64,000 bases of DNA from a virus (Duplodnaviria; Heunggongvirae; Uroviricota; Caudoviricetes), in the IMG/VR virus record IMGVR_UViG_3300035494_000066; one strand, given 5' to 3'. The notes below the pieces were generated by a model. It saw nothing but the letters and a program-made list of their open reading frames with translations. It was not told the origin of the DNA and did no database searches. Shown one piece after another: positions 46,201-53,209 of this stretch (position 1 is the first letter of the stretch; every line of letters begins with the position of its first letter). The translations under genes were made by a program, and so were the position numbers.

Positions 46201-46858
46201 TTACGAGAGTCCGTCAGTGGCAGTTATTAATGAGCCGACATATGTTCTGGACAGAGATATCACTGATAGTAATTATCTTTGGGTTTCAGTTGACGGTGTT
46301 AAAATGTATCAAGGCATTGACTTCACAATTGACGATAACAAAGTTAAAATTAATCCAGCTGTTAACGTGTCGGCTACTAGCAAGGTTGTAATTACTAGCT
46401 TCACTGAGAATACTGCTGCACCAGCAATGTCGTGGCGTGTATTTAAAGACATGCTAGATGATGTTAAGTATTACGCTATGGCAGTTGAACACACAACAGC
46501 ACTAGATAACGACTTGCAAATTACAGATACAGAAATACACGTCACTGACGGATCGGTATTGTCTGAGCCTAGCATTAAAACAAACCGTCCTGGCGTAGTG
46601 TTTATCAACGGCGAGCGTATTACATACTGGGTTAAGAACGGGAATGTGCTATCGCAAATCCGCCGGGCTACAGCAGGCACTGGAGCAGTTGCTACTCATG
46701 TTAAAGGTTCGCTGGTTATTGACGCATCGTACAAGTCGGAAATTAGCAACACAGGAACTAATAACCATATATGGTACAACACAGTTGGATCTAGTTTGCA
46801 GTTTAACACTAGCCCGCAAGCACAGTTCTTGCAGAGCAAAACAGGGCTTATTTTATAA
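34208..46858 (+). CDS. Giant baseplate wedge/adhesin protein (gp7 position, 4216 aa)
   Basis: Follows gp6. Contains F....KGT, YI.EVKPYRTK.RE, FG-GAP-like repeats, two W.PG..Y..G..V.Y modules, GSGY...P and NGE.I.Y......L....R...GT motifs. Confidence 0.8.
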   Translation: MALYKSIGFLPEVHNTKFNKKFLAATLDQLISEKRLRKVNGLVGRKFGAQFNNIDSFVQNSTAERNQYQLEPTVVFKDANKNIVSTVTYPDVLNKVAAAGGFKDRADAMFSHQSQTFTGLVDLDKFVNFSQYYWLPNGPDSVDIFSSAVPVTNTFQFTYTPAGYVFDGSSETNPYITVVQGGNYTLSANGRRLYIQTEPGLSGYRAASPNVSTRDILGVTGNGSREVLFNVPIDSAQDSFVQMPSKNVNLVTQLSFEDINNKTLTQFEDEFGTIDGVTFLDGKTVVFLNQTSEEWNIGDLYDSTVFDASGSAYDITGVVGEAFRGGIWKISVSSTGVLSLTYHDDFPENTKIIVTEGVSNSNVEYYKTPAGEITKVPVITAPLRTLYYQDAENSNVYGEIRIVQENSVPFINVNDIIGKKEYTSPNGVVFTTGLKVRFDTAVIQTEYADKEYYVEGVGKSISLIPVSELVTPETWTETLSEGYDTSLYDSQRFDGTFNSPVNKDYIVINRASKDRNPWARHNRWFHVDVINATAQYNNYTPVLNQTSRAKRPIIEYVPNLQLVNFASRHIANVTLIDTVTTDAFSRVEGTPGYFIDGVELAPGQTIVFAADTEYSVRRRVYRVDFVDVTGTGSTTVKLIDTGVLASDLDGIVVSGGISNQGKSFVFKDRTWAESQFKQSANTPVMFDIIDADGVSLGDNTRYPSTSFAGTSIFEYAPGRVTDTELGFGISYSSFSNIGDILFNLTLDTDTFTYIDNGTEITQNINTGNAYSYTSALHEVTPMHAWVTNYKKTPQYQILEFVSTGEPLEIRVPRVEEFELSRSLYVYIDNKETFNYTATNVDESTYVEFTSDIPAGKYVVVKFASNVKDPNSYYEIPANLESNGNNLPVSSFTLGQIRNHVNSITETHKFFNRDGNSNLRDLGDFAAVGGTITRHYDSFLTAAALLTDDNLDALRSLEYAQLEYFKFKNKFVDLITRTDYTNMTVEAAVSDAISVLNEYKSESEFPFYNSDMIGFSNNKSSIEYTVIDESQTEWELTSQFNLNEISTRAVYVYYNGEQLLHGRDYEFSDSRAAIITRIPLSADSTIVINEYTNTKGSFVPPTPSKMGLWPATVPEKVLDTSYRTPQEVIVGHDGSTMLAFSDMRDDLILEFEKRVYNNIKVKPILFDWYKLIPGAFRDTVYSVDEFNTVLGAEFNKWASRTSVKVTDGSSFNTNDPYTWNYAESTCALDGISINGTWRSVYRYLYDTETPHLTPWKMLGYSSEPNWWESQFGPAPYTAGNMVLWDRLANGEKYNPVTGEWEADPRFARPALQSIIPVDDFGRLLSPVEVVVKTYNSFSMARPLQFGDIGPAEYSWRQSSELPFAMCAVAALLMPSEFLSSSIQSSNVNTIRKFTETLVHSNENYVPGLIQYIVDYNTFLGVNRNIISEKISNVAVQLSHRLGGYSDLAQLKVVATRATPGSQNDGVLIPDTNLELFLHKSQPIGVYSYSAVIVEKTPSGYTVSGYDTSAAGFEIIPSVITSNKSTIKAGNATSTVYNDFNNVVTTIPYGTEFATRDQLVDFLVSYQRRLKSLGFVFDEVLTDGQLRDFVLSAKEFLFWTTQRWAPGSIIVLNPIGSLIRFSRDFEVVDDVLSTGVVLDNNFKPVRSSSMHVVRDANAFELEADNNIGLVKFRTVQYEHMLVLDNATIFKDVIYKPELGNRHQFIRLNGYVTREWNGTLYAPGFVLSQSTNKEWQPGKNYAKGEFVVYKGTLYVSLLHVDASESFDYNAWTVADKPVTGLLPNWSAKAQQPEDFYNIDVANLEQDVDRYGKGLIGYQKRSYLERLGLDDVSQVKFYQGMIKEKGTNSSLKSLLKTQVDNLTVDVDLYEEWALRTGSYGSIDSVKTTEIVLDPEKVTSTRSIIELVNNTSAAPYMQVRESDLWKKPANFAIENWPTVRSTESEMSLTAAGYVRPRDVNKAIVNVSDIKRLSPLVNEMYPGYTIWVAKSYKSEWDVLRATSLDVQVVAASVSNNGYLKLKFARSVNLDTNTSFAIKNFHSRINGVYTVLASPKPDEVVVDTKATNVDFTGAGIVLLFESIRIRPESTLSAKQTLSSFTIGEKLYVDSNSDSNWSVYNKTAPWTFNSIATLQTPTADQMVGQSIAILEHNVVAVTSKNNSAVKLFQVGPTATDELSEVQLMLSNIAGAATVVKSYGSTLAIGLPESAAGKGLVAIGSQIGADIAIRYVLAAPDTSAMYGSAIAFSNTGEWLFVGAPESGSIYAYNLVNAESQSQLVTINATGVYTLDNALDTESVVVQDNAGEILTPYVDYNISGNSLTVTKPYPIGTEIVVQTLPKFQLVDSLSNGPSFGSSVYSDSRGEVIIAGAPYSTVDDNNEAGSAYVISRSVENIYGDGSTGTFLLSETPNTRFKVTISGEDVTHTVTVSGRQITFAKPLGLGEVATVELNNLSIQQEIKNPEPSDRDWFGWAVVMCPTECSAYVSAPGSDNGQPNSGIVYSLSNKPLQTGAAILSPTNTGSSIRINNYAITYTNTEQFLSDINNIPGIAATDVSIDSTTLRVDVRSAAKLTITAPAGNSLADFGISKLTLNSVIKHPDESSNEKFGHALDLTNNGKTLLIGSPYASTFKDVTLDDSTTVLDAKTTRLRDREHKSGSVYVFEYVSTSPESGSFVPGQQLVAGTVSPLDEFGFALAAKGNMIVASAPREDTSSAPNAGTILVFSNSDNKQCWDSVRSQEDVVDISLIDRLMAYNKTTNTIVTYIDVVDPLSGRVLGQAQAELDYITEHDPAVYTNGDTNVNSSSAWAEEHVGEYWWDTSAVRYVNYKIGTLEERAQYWNKKFPGSEVAVYEWIRSKLPPAEFIESNPGAALKYSADTYTTLTRYSETDKTIGTYYYFWVRGLEKVAESKKLSASTVEQYIDQPDSTGIPYAMFLSSSAIALGNMQNLVSGRDTVLSVSFNGADDNKLWHNEYQLIKQGSNSSTITDRMYLKLKDSLAGATFTGMSVPDRNLLPSEKYGIGFRPRQSIVVNREESLRQLVEYVNNELRAKPYASAIRYNNLLRNDPAPRKSAKLWDESVKFDADLRFIDTNEKPAGYRVLVEQDLSESTLWTIRTLSNSKQWVKTRVQSYKTENFWSTVDWYAAGYSADTVVTHKVQSMDKLGQLSTQPGSVVLVASNNAGQFELHAADSDNKLVLVGLQNGTIQLSRSLYDPTVENVGFDAEVFDATRFDLNPVAEIHAILDAIREDIFINENVSKFNEIVFNLFELILAEQQNVDWLFKTSFISVEHKVRGLDQFTTYQPDNQTFLLDYINEVKPYRTKVREYLLKYDRVDTVNTSVSDFDIESVYDENLGIYRKLDINDPYDVNEFAGTSSEAWSRNYTSSIGRVDIVTKGSGYSVTPQIEISEPDIGTNRATAEVITRAGEVHKVNVINPGSGYITTPTVRLIGGNGTGARVVARLDNSTTRKIKTAIKFDRIDYRSQVQPWQPGSVYAVGDIVRYNNKAYRVIVDHTSADAFNFSNVAEVHADEFISANDRIAAFYQPKEGMLDNNLAQLVSGVDYPGSRVTGPSFDVEPGFDVAAFDAEVFDNYEVTADGITVLSSNVLDTNIVSKFTDSNLGLRPEDISVDGASFVDEYNSHHPEEFIPGMMFDTVDIKVMQAPSSNFTNNGNGLRIRLNYFVGDGLTTAFTVDRSDKVIVYSKERGALFANIDFTVDYINSRILFNTPLLNDETVYVYLFDVAGEGIVYNNAFTTTEEISTINVPTSRAVSKSVFCLVDGVEHEASITATTSGVVVTLATPIPAGHFVKLWVFNSENTIPYSNVVEDRIVTTANVRSYEISQSVLYTGPKSSHMIVELDGNRLTPANAKYYTADGVNNNFRLPDSADDQWYGISTTDIEVYRNDTRLQEYVNYTVTVDDGITPRGVILHETPDQNEVITVALTTNAQYRIINNNTIQISNTVAISDGSELRAISFTNHDHSDVQTKVFVGTTESTIVATVGFDDAPYDSIGYESPSVAVINEPTYVLDRDITDSNYLWVSVDGVKMYQGIDFTIDDNKVKINPAVNVSATSKVVITSFTENTAAPAMSWRVFKDMLDDVKYYAMAVEHTTALDNDLQITDTEIHVTDGSVLSEPSIKTNRPGVVFINGERITYWVKNGNVLSQIRRATAGTGAVATHVKGSLVIDASYKSEISNTGTNNHIWYNTVGSSLQFNTSPQAQFLQSKTGLIL

Positions 46859-46883
46859 GAGGGGAATTCCCCTCTTATAAATA
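46852..46883 (+). terminator. Palindromic terminator-like hairpin fused to a TATAAATA late promoter (46876-46883)
   Basis: TTTATAAGAGGGGAATTCCCCTCTTATAAA, with TATAAATA at its right end. Confidence 0.7.
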
Positions 46884-46908
46884 AAGTCATATACAAAAGG
46901 TATTTGTA

Positions 46909-47550
46909 ATGACAGAAAATAACCTAGGCAATACAGATCCGAGCTTTCGTGAGCCAGGATCTGTATATATCGAAGGGCATATAAAAATTTTCGATCCCGA
47001 ATCGGGCGAAGTCCTCGAGGATAAACGTAACGCAATCCATGCCGAGAATATGAGCGAAGCTCTTGCTAGTATGCTAGCAAACAAAGGATCGGGCTTTATA
47101 CACGAGATGCATTTTGGTAATGGCGGCACTAGCGTCGACCCAACTGGGTTGATTACATACTTACCAGCGTCAACTGGTGTAAATGCTGACTTATATAACA
47201 AGACGTATTATAAAGTAGTCGACGACACTAGCAGTCTTAATACAGACCCGACTCGGAACAATATAACAATTCGACACACAACCGGTCAGCCGTATACGGA
47301 TATTTTTATTACGTGTCTACTAGACTACGGTGAGCCAGCTGGCCAAGAAGCGTTTGATAGTAGCACAAACCTCGAAGGAGAGTTTGTGTTCGACGAGCTT
47401 GGACTTAAATCATGGACAGGGGACGAAGGGACAGGAAAGTTACTAACTCATGTTGTTTTTCACCCTATTCAAAAATCACTGAACAGACTAATCCAGGTTG
47501 ATTATACTGTTCGAATTATGACATTAACTAACTTAAGTACACTAACTTAA
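46909..47550 (+). CDS. Conserved baseplate/fibre-attachment protein (hypothetical)
   Basis: G..KI.D......L..K.NAIH, FGNGG and FDELGL...L.THV.FHP..KS.NR motifs, in structural context. Confidence 0.65.
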   Translation: MTENNLGNTDPSFREPGSVYIEGHIKIFDPESGEVLEDKRNAIHAENMSEALASMLANKGSGFIHEMHFGNGGTSVDPTGLITYLPASTGVNADLYNKTYYKVVDDTSSLNTDPTRNNITIRHTTGQPYTDIFITCLLDYGEPAGQEAFDSSTNLEGEFVFDELGLKSWTGDEGTGKLLTHVVFHPIQKSLNRLIQVDYTVRIMTLTNLSTLT

Positions 47551-47589
47551 ATGCATAAATATACTTAACGTATAATCGGAGAATTTGGA

Positions 47590-49050
47590 ATGGCCTATAC
47601 TATTAATAGAACTGATGGATCGATACTAGCTACTGTAGCAGACGGTACAATCGACGCAAGCACAGACTTGACGTTAATTGGTAAGAACTACGGCGGTTAC
47701 GGTGAGATCCTCAACGAAAACTATGTTAAGCTGTTAGAGAACTTTGCTAACAGCTCAGCTCCGAGTAACCCAATATCTGGCCAGATCTGGTGGGACTCGG
47801 CAAATAATTTACTTAAGGTGTATACAGGAAACACCTTTAAAACGGTATCGAGCTCTACAGCTAGTTCTACAGCACCGGCGAGTAACGTTACTGGTGACTT
47901 GTGGTGGGATACAGCTAACAACCAGCTTAAAGTGTTTAACGGATCAAACTTTACACTAATTGGTCCAGCATTTACAGCCGGCTCAGGACAATCGGGAGCT
48001 TCGATCGAGACGATCACCGATAACCTAGGCATAGAGCATGTTGTAGTGAAAATGTTTGTGAGCGATGCGCTAGTTGCTATTATTAGCAAAGACGCAACAT
48101 TTACTCCACAGTCGTCGATTGTTGGCTTTGCTACAGTTAAGCAAGGATATAACTTAAACTCGTCATTAGCAGACGCTAAATTCCACGGCACTGCTGTAAA
48201 CTCTGACTCCCTCGGCGGCGTCGCCGCATCCGGGTATATCCGCAGCAACGCTAACGACACAACTACTGGCACGCTTAGTATTTTAAACGATTCTGGTTTG
48301 CAAATTGGTCAGGATAACGACTTTAAAGTTAGTGTATCTGGATCAAACGTATTAATTAGTAATCAGACTACCGACGGCGACTTAATTTTCAGAGTCAATG
48401 ACAACGGGTCTACTGTTACGGCGTTGACAATCGACGGCGGAACCAATAGAATGTTAGTTGCAGGTGACCCGACTGCAGCGCTCGGTGTTGCAACAAAACA
48501 ATATGTTGATAGCAAAGTTAGCTCGTCGGGATCGCTGTTAACAACCGGCGGCACGATGTCGGGTAATATACTATCAGCTAACGGGACTCAGAACATCGGC
48601 TCTGCAACTGTTAAGTTTAATTCAATCTATGCAACTACGTTTAACGGTACGTCGACTAGCGCACAATACGCTGACTTAGCAGAACGCTTCGAAGCTGACG
48701 CAGTATACGAACCTGGCACTGTTGTTGCTATTGGTGGTGAAAAAGAAATCACACGCCAAGATGCAGAATTAAGCGATACAGTCTTGGGAGTTGTTAGTAC
48801 AGACCCGGCATACTTAATGAATAACCACACTACTAGCGAGTACTTCCCACCGATTGCAATGTCAGGTAGAGTACCAGTTAAAGTAATCGGGCCAGTTAGC
48901 AAAGGTGATCGATTAGTAAGTGCAGGCAACGGCTGCGCTCGAAAAGCAAATGCAGACGAGCTAACACCGTTTAATACAATCGGCCGAGCGCTACACGATA
49001 AAACGAGCACTGAAGTTGGTCTAGTCGAAGCTGTAGTAACAATAAAATAA
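47590..49050 (+). CDS. Short tail fibre/baseplate protein with C-terminal chaperone-like domain
   Basis: GKNY.GYGE..NEN..KLLENFA and repeated G.(I/L)WWD.....LKV; C-terminal YADLAERF.AD..YEPGTVV...GRVPVKV.G. CATAAATA at 47554-47561. Confidence 0.75.
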   Translation: MAYTINRTDGSILATVADGTIDASTDLTLIGKNYGGYGEILNENYVKLLENFANSSAPSNPISGQIWWDSANNLLKVYTGNTFKTVSSSTASSTAPASNVTGDLWWDTANNQLKVFNGSNFTLIGPAFTAGSGQSGASIETITDNLGIEHVVVKMFVSDALVAIISKDATFTPQSSIVGFATVKQGYNLNSSLADAKFHGTAVNSDSLGGVAASGYIRSNANDTTTGTLSILNDSGLQIGQDNDFKVSVSGSNVLISNQTTDGDLIFRVNDNGSTVTALTIDGGTNRMLVAGDPTAALGVATKQYVDSKVSSSGSLLTTGGTMSGNILSANGTQNIGSATVKFNSIYATTFNGTSTSAQYADLAERFEADAVYEPGTVVAIGGEKEITRQDAELSDTVLGVVSTDPAYLMNNHTTSEYFPPIAMSGRVPVKVIGPVSKGDRLVSAGNGCARKANADELTPFNTIGRALHDKTSTEVGLVEAVVTIK

Positions 49051-49071
49051 TTTTTGGAGTAAAGAAAGAAC

Positions 49072-49986
49072 ATGGCATACCAATCAGGCGATATCATCTT
49101 AGATGATCACTACAACGGCTTCCGTAATACGGTTAACAACGTATGGGGCACTGGTTCCGGAGACCGCGGTTACGGCCAGACTTCGGTAGTGGCTGCAGTT
49201 GCTGCTGGAGCTACTATTACAGCTACTCAGTGGTCAACATTGCTTAGCAGAATCTCAAGTGCAGCGAGTCACCAAGGCACGGCTTTAACGGCAATAACTG
49301 CGCCAACAGCAGGAAGCACTATTTCGGCGTTTACTGCGCTATCAAACAATGTAAGTGCAATTAACAATAACCGATTAAACCGTGCTGCAGTAGGCGCAGA
49401 TATTGCGTCAACAGTGTCGGGCACCGCATCATGGACAGTGCAAACTACGCACACATGCACATTTACATTTGCAGGCGGAAACGCAGCTCGACATTTCTTC
49501 AACGCCGGCGGTGAGATCCGCTTGAACTTCGCCCGGTCCGGCGGCACTTCTCATACGAAGAATTCCGAGTGGACTGACTTGTTAAACAAAGCTGGCACAA
49601 TTGTACTCAGAGCACACGGAACGTTAAAAGAAGGCGGTTCGGGTACAGTTTCTACTCTTGCTAGTAGCACTGGTTATTACGAACTAACAACAACAAACAC
49701 TGTGTTGTTTAAGCAGTTTGCTGACTCAAGCCCTTATACTACAAACTATGTACAAGTTTCAGCCCGGGTAAACGCAGCACACGCCGACGGATTAGGTAAT
49801 AACGGAAACCAAATTATCTTTACTGTTGTTTTCCGCGACGACGCTGCTGACAACTCTATTCCAAGCTCAGTTGATGTAGTAAACGGCACTATTTCTACTA
49901 CAGCCCGCGGCCGTCAGCCTAGTACTACTGTTCTTAGTAACAGTTGGGGCACACCCGCGTGGACAACAGCAAACAGCCAGAGCTAA
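49072..49986 (+). CDS. Virion structural protein (Thr/Ser/Ala-rich)
   Basis: G.G..GYGQ and ARHFFNAGG.IR motifs. Last gene before a terminator. Confidence 0.65.
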   Translation: MAYQSGDIILDDHYNGFRNTVNNVWGTGSGDRGYGQTSVVAAVAAGATITATQWSTLLSRISSAASHQGTALTAITAPTAGSTISAFTALSNNVSAINNNRLNRAAVGADIASTVSGTASWTVQTTHTCTFTFAGGNAARHFFNAGGEIRLNFARSGGTSHTKNSEWTDLLNKAGTIVLRAHGTLKEGGSGTVSTLASSTGYYELTTTNTVLFKQFADSSPYTTNYVQVSARVNAAHADGLGNNGNQIIFTVVFRDDAADNSIPSSVDVVNGTISTTARGRQPSTTVLSNSWGTPAWTTANSQS

Positions 49987-50001
49987 TGATTTAATTATTA
50001 G

Positions 50002-50029
50002 TTGACTGTTTTTAAAAAGGATGTACAAT
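50002..50029 (+). promoter_or_regulatory. Sigma70-type promoter of the GT/radical-SAM operon
   Basis: TTGACT (50002-50007), 16-nt spacer, TACAAT (50024-50029). No TAAATA box in this gap. Confidence 0.55.
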
Positions 50030-50048
50030 ATTGTACATCCTTTTTTTT
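50014..50048 (+). terminator. Intrinsic terminator ending the baseplate/fibre unit
   Basis: AAAAAGGATGTACAATATTGTACATCCTTTTTTTT. Confidence 0.85.
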
Positions 50049-50069
50049 ATGACTTTTAACGGAGGGCTT

Positions 50070-50372
50070 GTGTCAGAGATTATAAAAATGCGAATAAATC
50101 GCGAAGCTACAAAAAAAGCAATGCGCGAGCATTATTTGTCGCGTCTAACTGTAGCATACAACGGAGGGTTATTTGTACTAAAACCTGAGCTGTTTGCGAT
50201 GTTGCAACTGTTTAGTGATGAGAGCAGTGTTGTATTAGTTGATTCATTTGACAATCCTATACTCATCAGTGACTTGGGTGATTTTACTAAAAAATGTAAA
50301 CAGCGATATACAGAAGTGTCGAACAAGTGGCATGCAGATTACGAGCAATCAAAACGTGACAGAAAGATCTAA
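50070..50372 (+). CDS. Hypothetical protein (~100 aa)
   Basis: GTG 50070 preceded by GGAGG. Contains YNGGLF and LVD...NPI.I. Confidence 0.65.
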   Translation: MSEIIKMRINREATKKAMREHYLSRLTVAYNGGLFVLKPELFAMLQLFSDESSVVLVDSFDNPILISDLGDFTKKCKQRYTEVSNKWHADYEQSKRDRKI

Positions 50373-51159
50373 AGGCTGTTTAATTTTTGCATACAACTCC
50401 AGTGACGTCGATTACGTTAAGTTAGCAACAATTAACGCCAAGCTAATTAAAAAACACTTAAACTTACCAACATCTATTATTACGGATCAATTAATCGATT
50501 CTAATGTATTTGACCATCAGATTATTGTTAGCAACAATAGTATTAACACACGGTCATTTAAAACCGAAACAGGCAACACAAAAACTATCAACTGGAAAAA
50601 CATCGGTCGTGACCAAGCATTTAACTTAACGCCGTACGATATAACATTGTTGATTGATGCAGATTACATTGTTAACTCTGATTCGCTGTTAGGTTTAGTT
50701 GACATTGATGCTCCGATTGTTTCGTTTAAGTCTGCACACGATGTCATGGGAGCAAACCGCCTAGCAGCAGATCGACTTGTGTCGTTTAACAGTATCGAAA
50801 TGTACTGGGCAACTGTTGTACGGTTTGACAAATCGGAACTTGCTAAGTCAGTGTTCGATACGATGACTCATATTAAAGACAATTGGGACTATGCCAGAAC
50901 TGTTTACAACTTCCCAGCTGGGCCGTATCGTAACGATTTTAGCTTTTCAGTTGGGATGCATGCAGTTTCGGGATTATCCGAGTCTCGGAGCACAATTATA
51001 CCATGGAGCTTACCTACGCTGTCATCGGACTGTTACATAACTAGTTGCATACCAGGTACAATTGTAGCCACAGACGGTACTACAGCCGTAAAAGTAATCG
51101 GTGACTTGCATATTATGAACAAGTGGTTAAATATTGATCTGTTAGAGGGGCTATTATGA
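50356..51159 (+). CDS. Glycosyltransferase-like protein (GT-A fold)
   Basis: KG.LIFAYN....DY..LA, then TPYD.TLLIDAD (DxD). Start uncertain (GTG 50356 or ATG 50332). Confidence 0.7.
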   Translation: MTERSKGCLIFAYNSSDVDYVKLATINAKLIKKHLNLPTSIITDQLIDSNVFDHQIIVSNNSINTRSFKTETGNTKTINWKNIGRDQAFNLTPYDITLLIDADYIVNSDSLLGLVDIDAPIVSFKSAHDVMGANRLAADRLVSFNSIEMYWATVVRFDKSELAKSVFDTMTHIKDNWDYARTVYNFPAGPYRNDFSFSVGMHAVSGLSESRSTIIPWSLPTLSSDCYITSCIPGTIVATDGTTAVKVIGDLHIMNKWLNIDLLEGLL

Positions 51160-52031
51160 TACGCTGTAACGAGTTTAGCGAACAACAAGGCTTCTTAACT
51201 GTTGTGCAGAATTCCGAAACGTGCGATTACTTACATATGGCTTATGTGCAAGCACTGAGCATCAAAGCAACCCAACGCACAACTAAATCGTATGCGGTAC
51301 TGCTAGACAAGCCTACATACGATCAGCTGCGAGACGAGCATTTTGACGTGTTTGACTATGTGATTTTACTCGACGAAGATGCAGCTGAGCTCGACAAGTG
51401 GAAACTTGCTAACGAGTGGAAAGTGTGGCAATACACTCCGTTTAAGGAAACGATAAAGTTAGAATCGGATCTAATAGTACCAGCATCAATCGACCACTGG
51501 TGGTCTATTTTACGACAGCATGATGTAGTAGTTACTACTAATGTTGTTGACTTTAGGGGCCAAGTCTCGGACAGCACCGCATACCGACGAACAGTGGTTG
51601 AAAATCACTTAGTGAACGCATACAATGGGGTATCATACTTCCGGTATAGTGCAGCAAGTAAATCGTTCTTCGAAACAGTTCGGTATGTGTTTGAAAACTG
51701 GGAAGTAGTAAAAGCACAGCTAGCGTTATGTAACGATACACAACCTACAACTGATGTAGCATACAGTATTGCAGCGTTGTTTGCAGGTGAAGAATCAACT
51801 ACGCTCCCAACAAATACAGTGCCGTCGATGGTGCATATGAAACCGGCAATTAATAAATTCCCTGAGACGTACAAATGGCACGAGTGCTTACCGTATACGA
51901 TCGATAGTCGCGGCTTGATAGTGGGTGGCTATTTGCAAACACTACCGTTCCATTACTACGAAAAGCAGTTTGATCTGCAGAGAGTACACGACTACTACAA
52001 AGAAGAGGTACTTCGTGCACGAGTTCAGTAA
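51156..52031 (+). CDS. Glycosyltransferase-like protein (paralogue of the preceding gene)
   Basis: QG.L....N....DY..MAY..ALSIK, TPF.ETIKLESD (ExD) and VHMKP. ATGA overlap with the previous gene. Confidence 0.65.
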   Translation: MIRCNEFSEQQGFLTVVQNSETCDYLHMAYVQALSIKATQRTTKSYAVLLDKPTYDQLRDEHFDVFDYVILLDEDAAELDKWKLANEWKVWQYTPFKETIKLESDLIVPASIDHWWSILRQHDVVVTTNVVDFRGQVSDSTAYRRTVVENHLVNAYNGVSYFRYSAASKSFFETVRYVFENWEVVKAQLALCNDTQPTTDVAYSIAALFAGEESTTLPTNTVPSMVHMKPAINKFPETYKWHECLPYTIDSRGLIVGGYLQTLPFHYYEKQFDLQRVHDYYKEEVLRARVQ

Positions 52032-52293
52032 AGCATTACAAGAGTTTATTCCGTCTACAGTAGAACAGCAAAGATACTTTATAGTATACGACCCAGACAC
52101 AAACAACCCGCTAGATTTTAGTTTAACTAAAACTGAACACTCGATCGAGATTAGTTACGACGAATACAACACTCTTAGGTTAGAGTATATTCGCGCAATA
52201 GTTGACGGTAACATCGAAATGATAGACATTGATGCTGAGACTAGGTATATTCATCCGTTAGCAAACAAAGAGGTAAAATGGTATAATGAGTAA
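52015..52293 (+). CDS. Hypothetical protein (~92 aa)
   Basis: GTG 52015 with GAGGT SD; fills the gap between GT genes. Confidence 0.55.
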   Translation: MHEFSKALQEFIPSTVEQQRYFIVYDPDTNNPLDFSLTKTEHSIEISYDEYNTLRLEYIRAIVDGNIEMIDIDAETRYIHPLANKEVKWYNE

Positions 52294-53209
52294 CATTGAA
52301 ATAGTTGATATTGCAGATTTAGACTGCGTATATTTGAGTTACGACGAGCCTTTAAAAGAAGAGTTCTGGGCTAAAATACAAAATATGGTACCATGGGCAG
52401 TTCGGGTTGATGGTGTTAAAGGTTCGGATGCAGCACATAAAGCCGCTGCTGATGCTAGTTCAACTGATCGCTTTATCTTAATCGACGGCGATAACATGCC
52501 TGATCCGAGATTCTTCGACGAGCAGTTAGTATTAACCGATCTTAATAAAGATTGCGTGTTCCGGTGGCGAGCAGTAAATGACATCAATGGGCTAATGTAT
52601 GGCAACGGCGGCATGAGTTGCTGGACGAAAGATTTTGTATATAACATGAAGACGCATGAAAACAGCAATGGGTCTGCAGAAACTGCTGTGGAGTTTTGCT
52701 TTGACCCTAAGTATATCGCAATGCATAATGTGTACAGTACAACACACCCCAACAGTAGTGCCTTTCATGCATGGCGCGCCGGATTCCGCGAAGGGGTTAA
52801 GATGTGCTTGGACCGCGGGAGCAAAATACCAATTGCTGATTTTAAAGAACGCGCAAACAAACAAAACCTAACAAACTTGCTAACTTGGCACAATGTAGGA
52901 CGTGACGCGCAGTTCGGTGAGTATGCAATGTTCGGAGCCCGTTTAGGCACAAAATTAACAATGTTAACAGATTGGGACTACACCGAAGTTCAAGACTTTG
53001 ACAAGCTTGCCGAACTTTGGGATAGTTTAGATATCCAAGATGTTTCTGCAGAAACAGTTGCCTTAGGTGACGAGTTGCGCACTAAGCTATCGCTGGATAT
53101 CGTTGAGTTAGATGCACGTCAGAGTTCGTTTGTTAAGCATTTAACTTATGCAACTCATCGCCAAAAAAATGTCATGCTCACCGAACAAGATTTTAATAGT
53201 AGGAAGTAA
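52286..53209 (+). CDS. Glycosyltransferase family 2-like protein
   Basis: LSYDEP, RVDGVKGSDAAH, F..IDGDN (DxD), N.INGL.YGNGG and AWRAGFREGVK motifs. Confidence 0.7.
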   Translation: MSNIEIVDIADLDCVYLSYDEPLKEEFWAKIQNMVPWAVRVDGVKGSDAAHKAAADASSTDRFILIDGDNMPDPRFFDEQLVLTDLNKDCVFRWRAVNDINGLMYGNGGMSCWTKDFVYNMKTHENSNGSAETAVEFCFDPKYIAMHNVYSTTHPNSSAFHAWRAGFREGVKMCLDRGSKIPIADFKERANKQNLTNLLTWHNVGRDAQFGEYAMFGARLGTKLTMLTDWDYTEVQDFDKLAELWDSLDIQDVSAETVALGDELRTKLSLDIVELDARQSSFVKHLTYATHRQKNVMLTEQDFNSRK

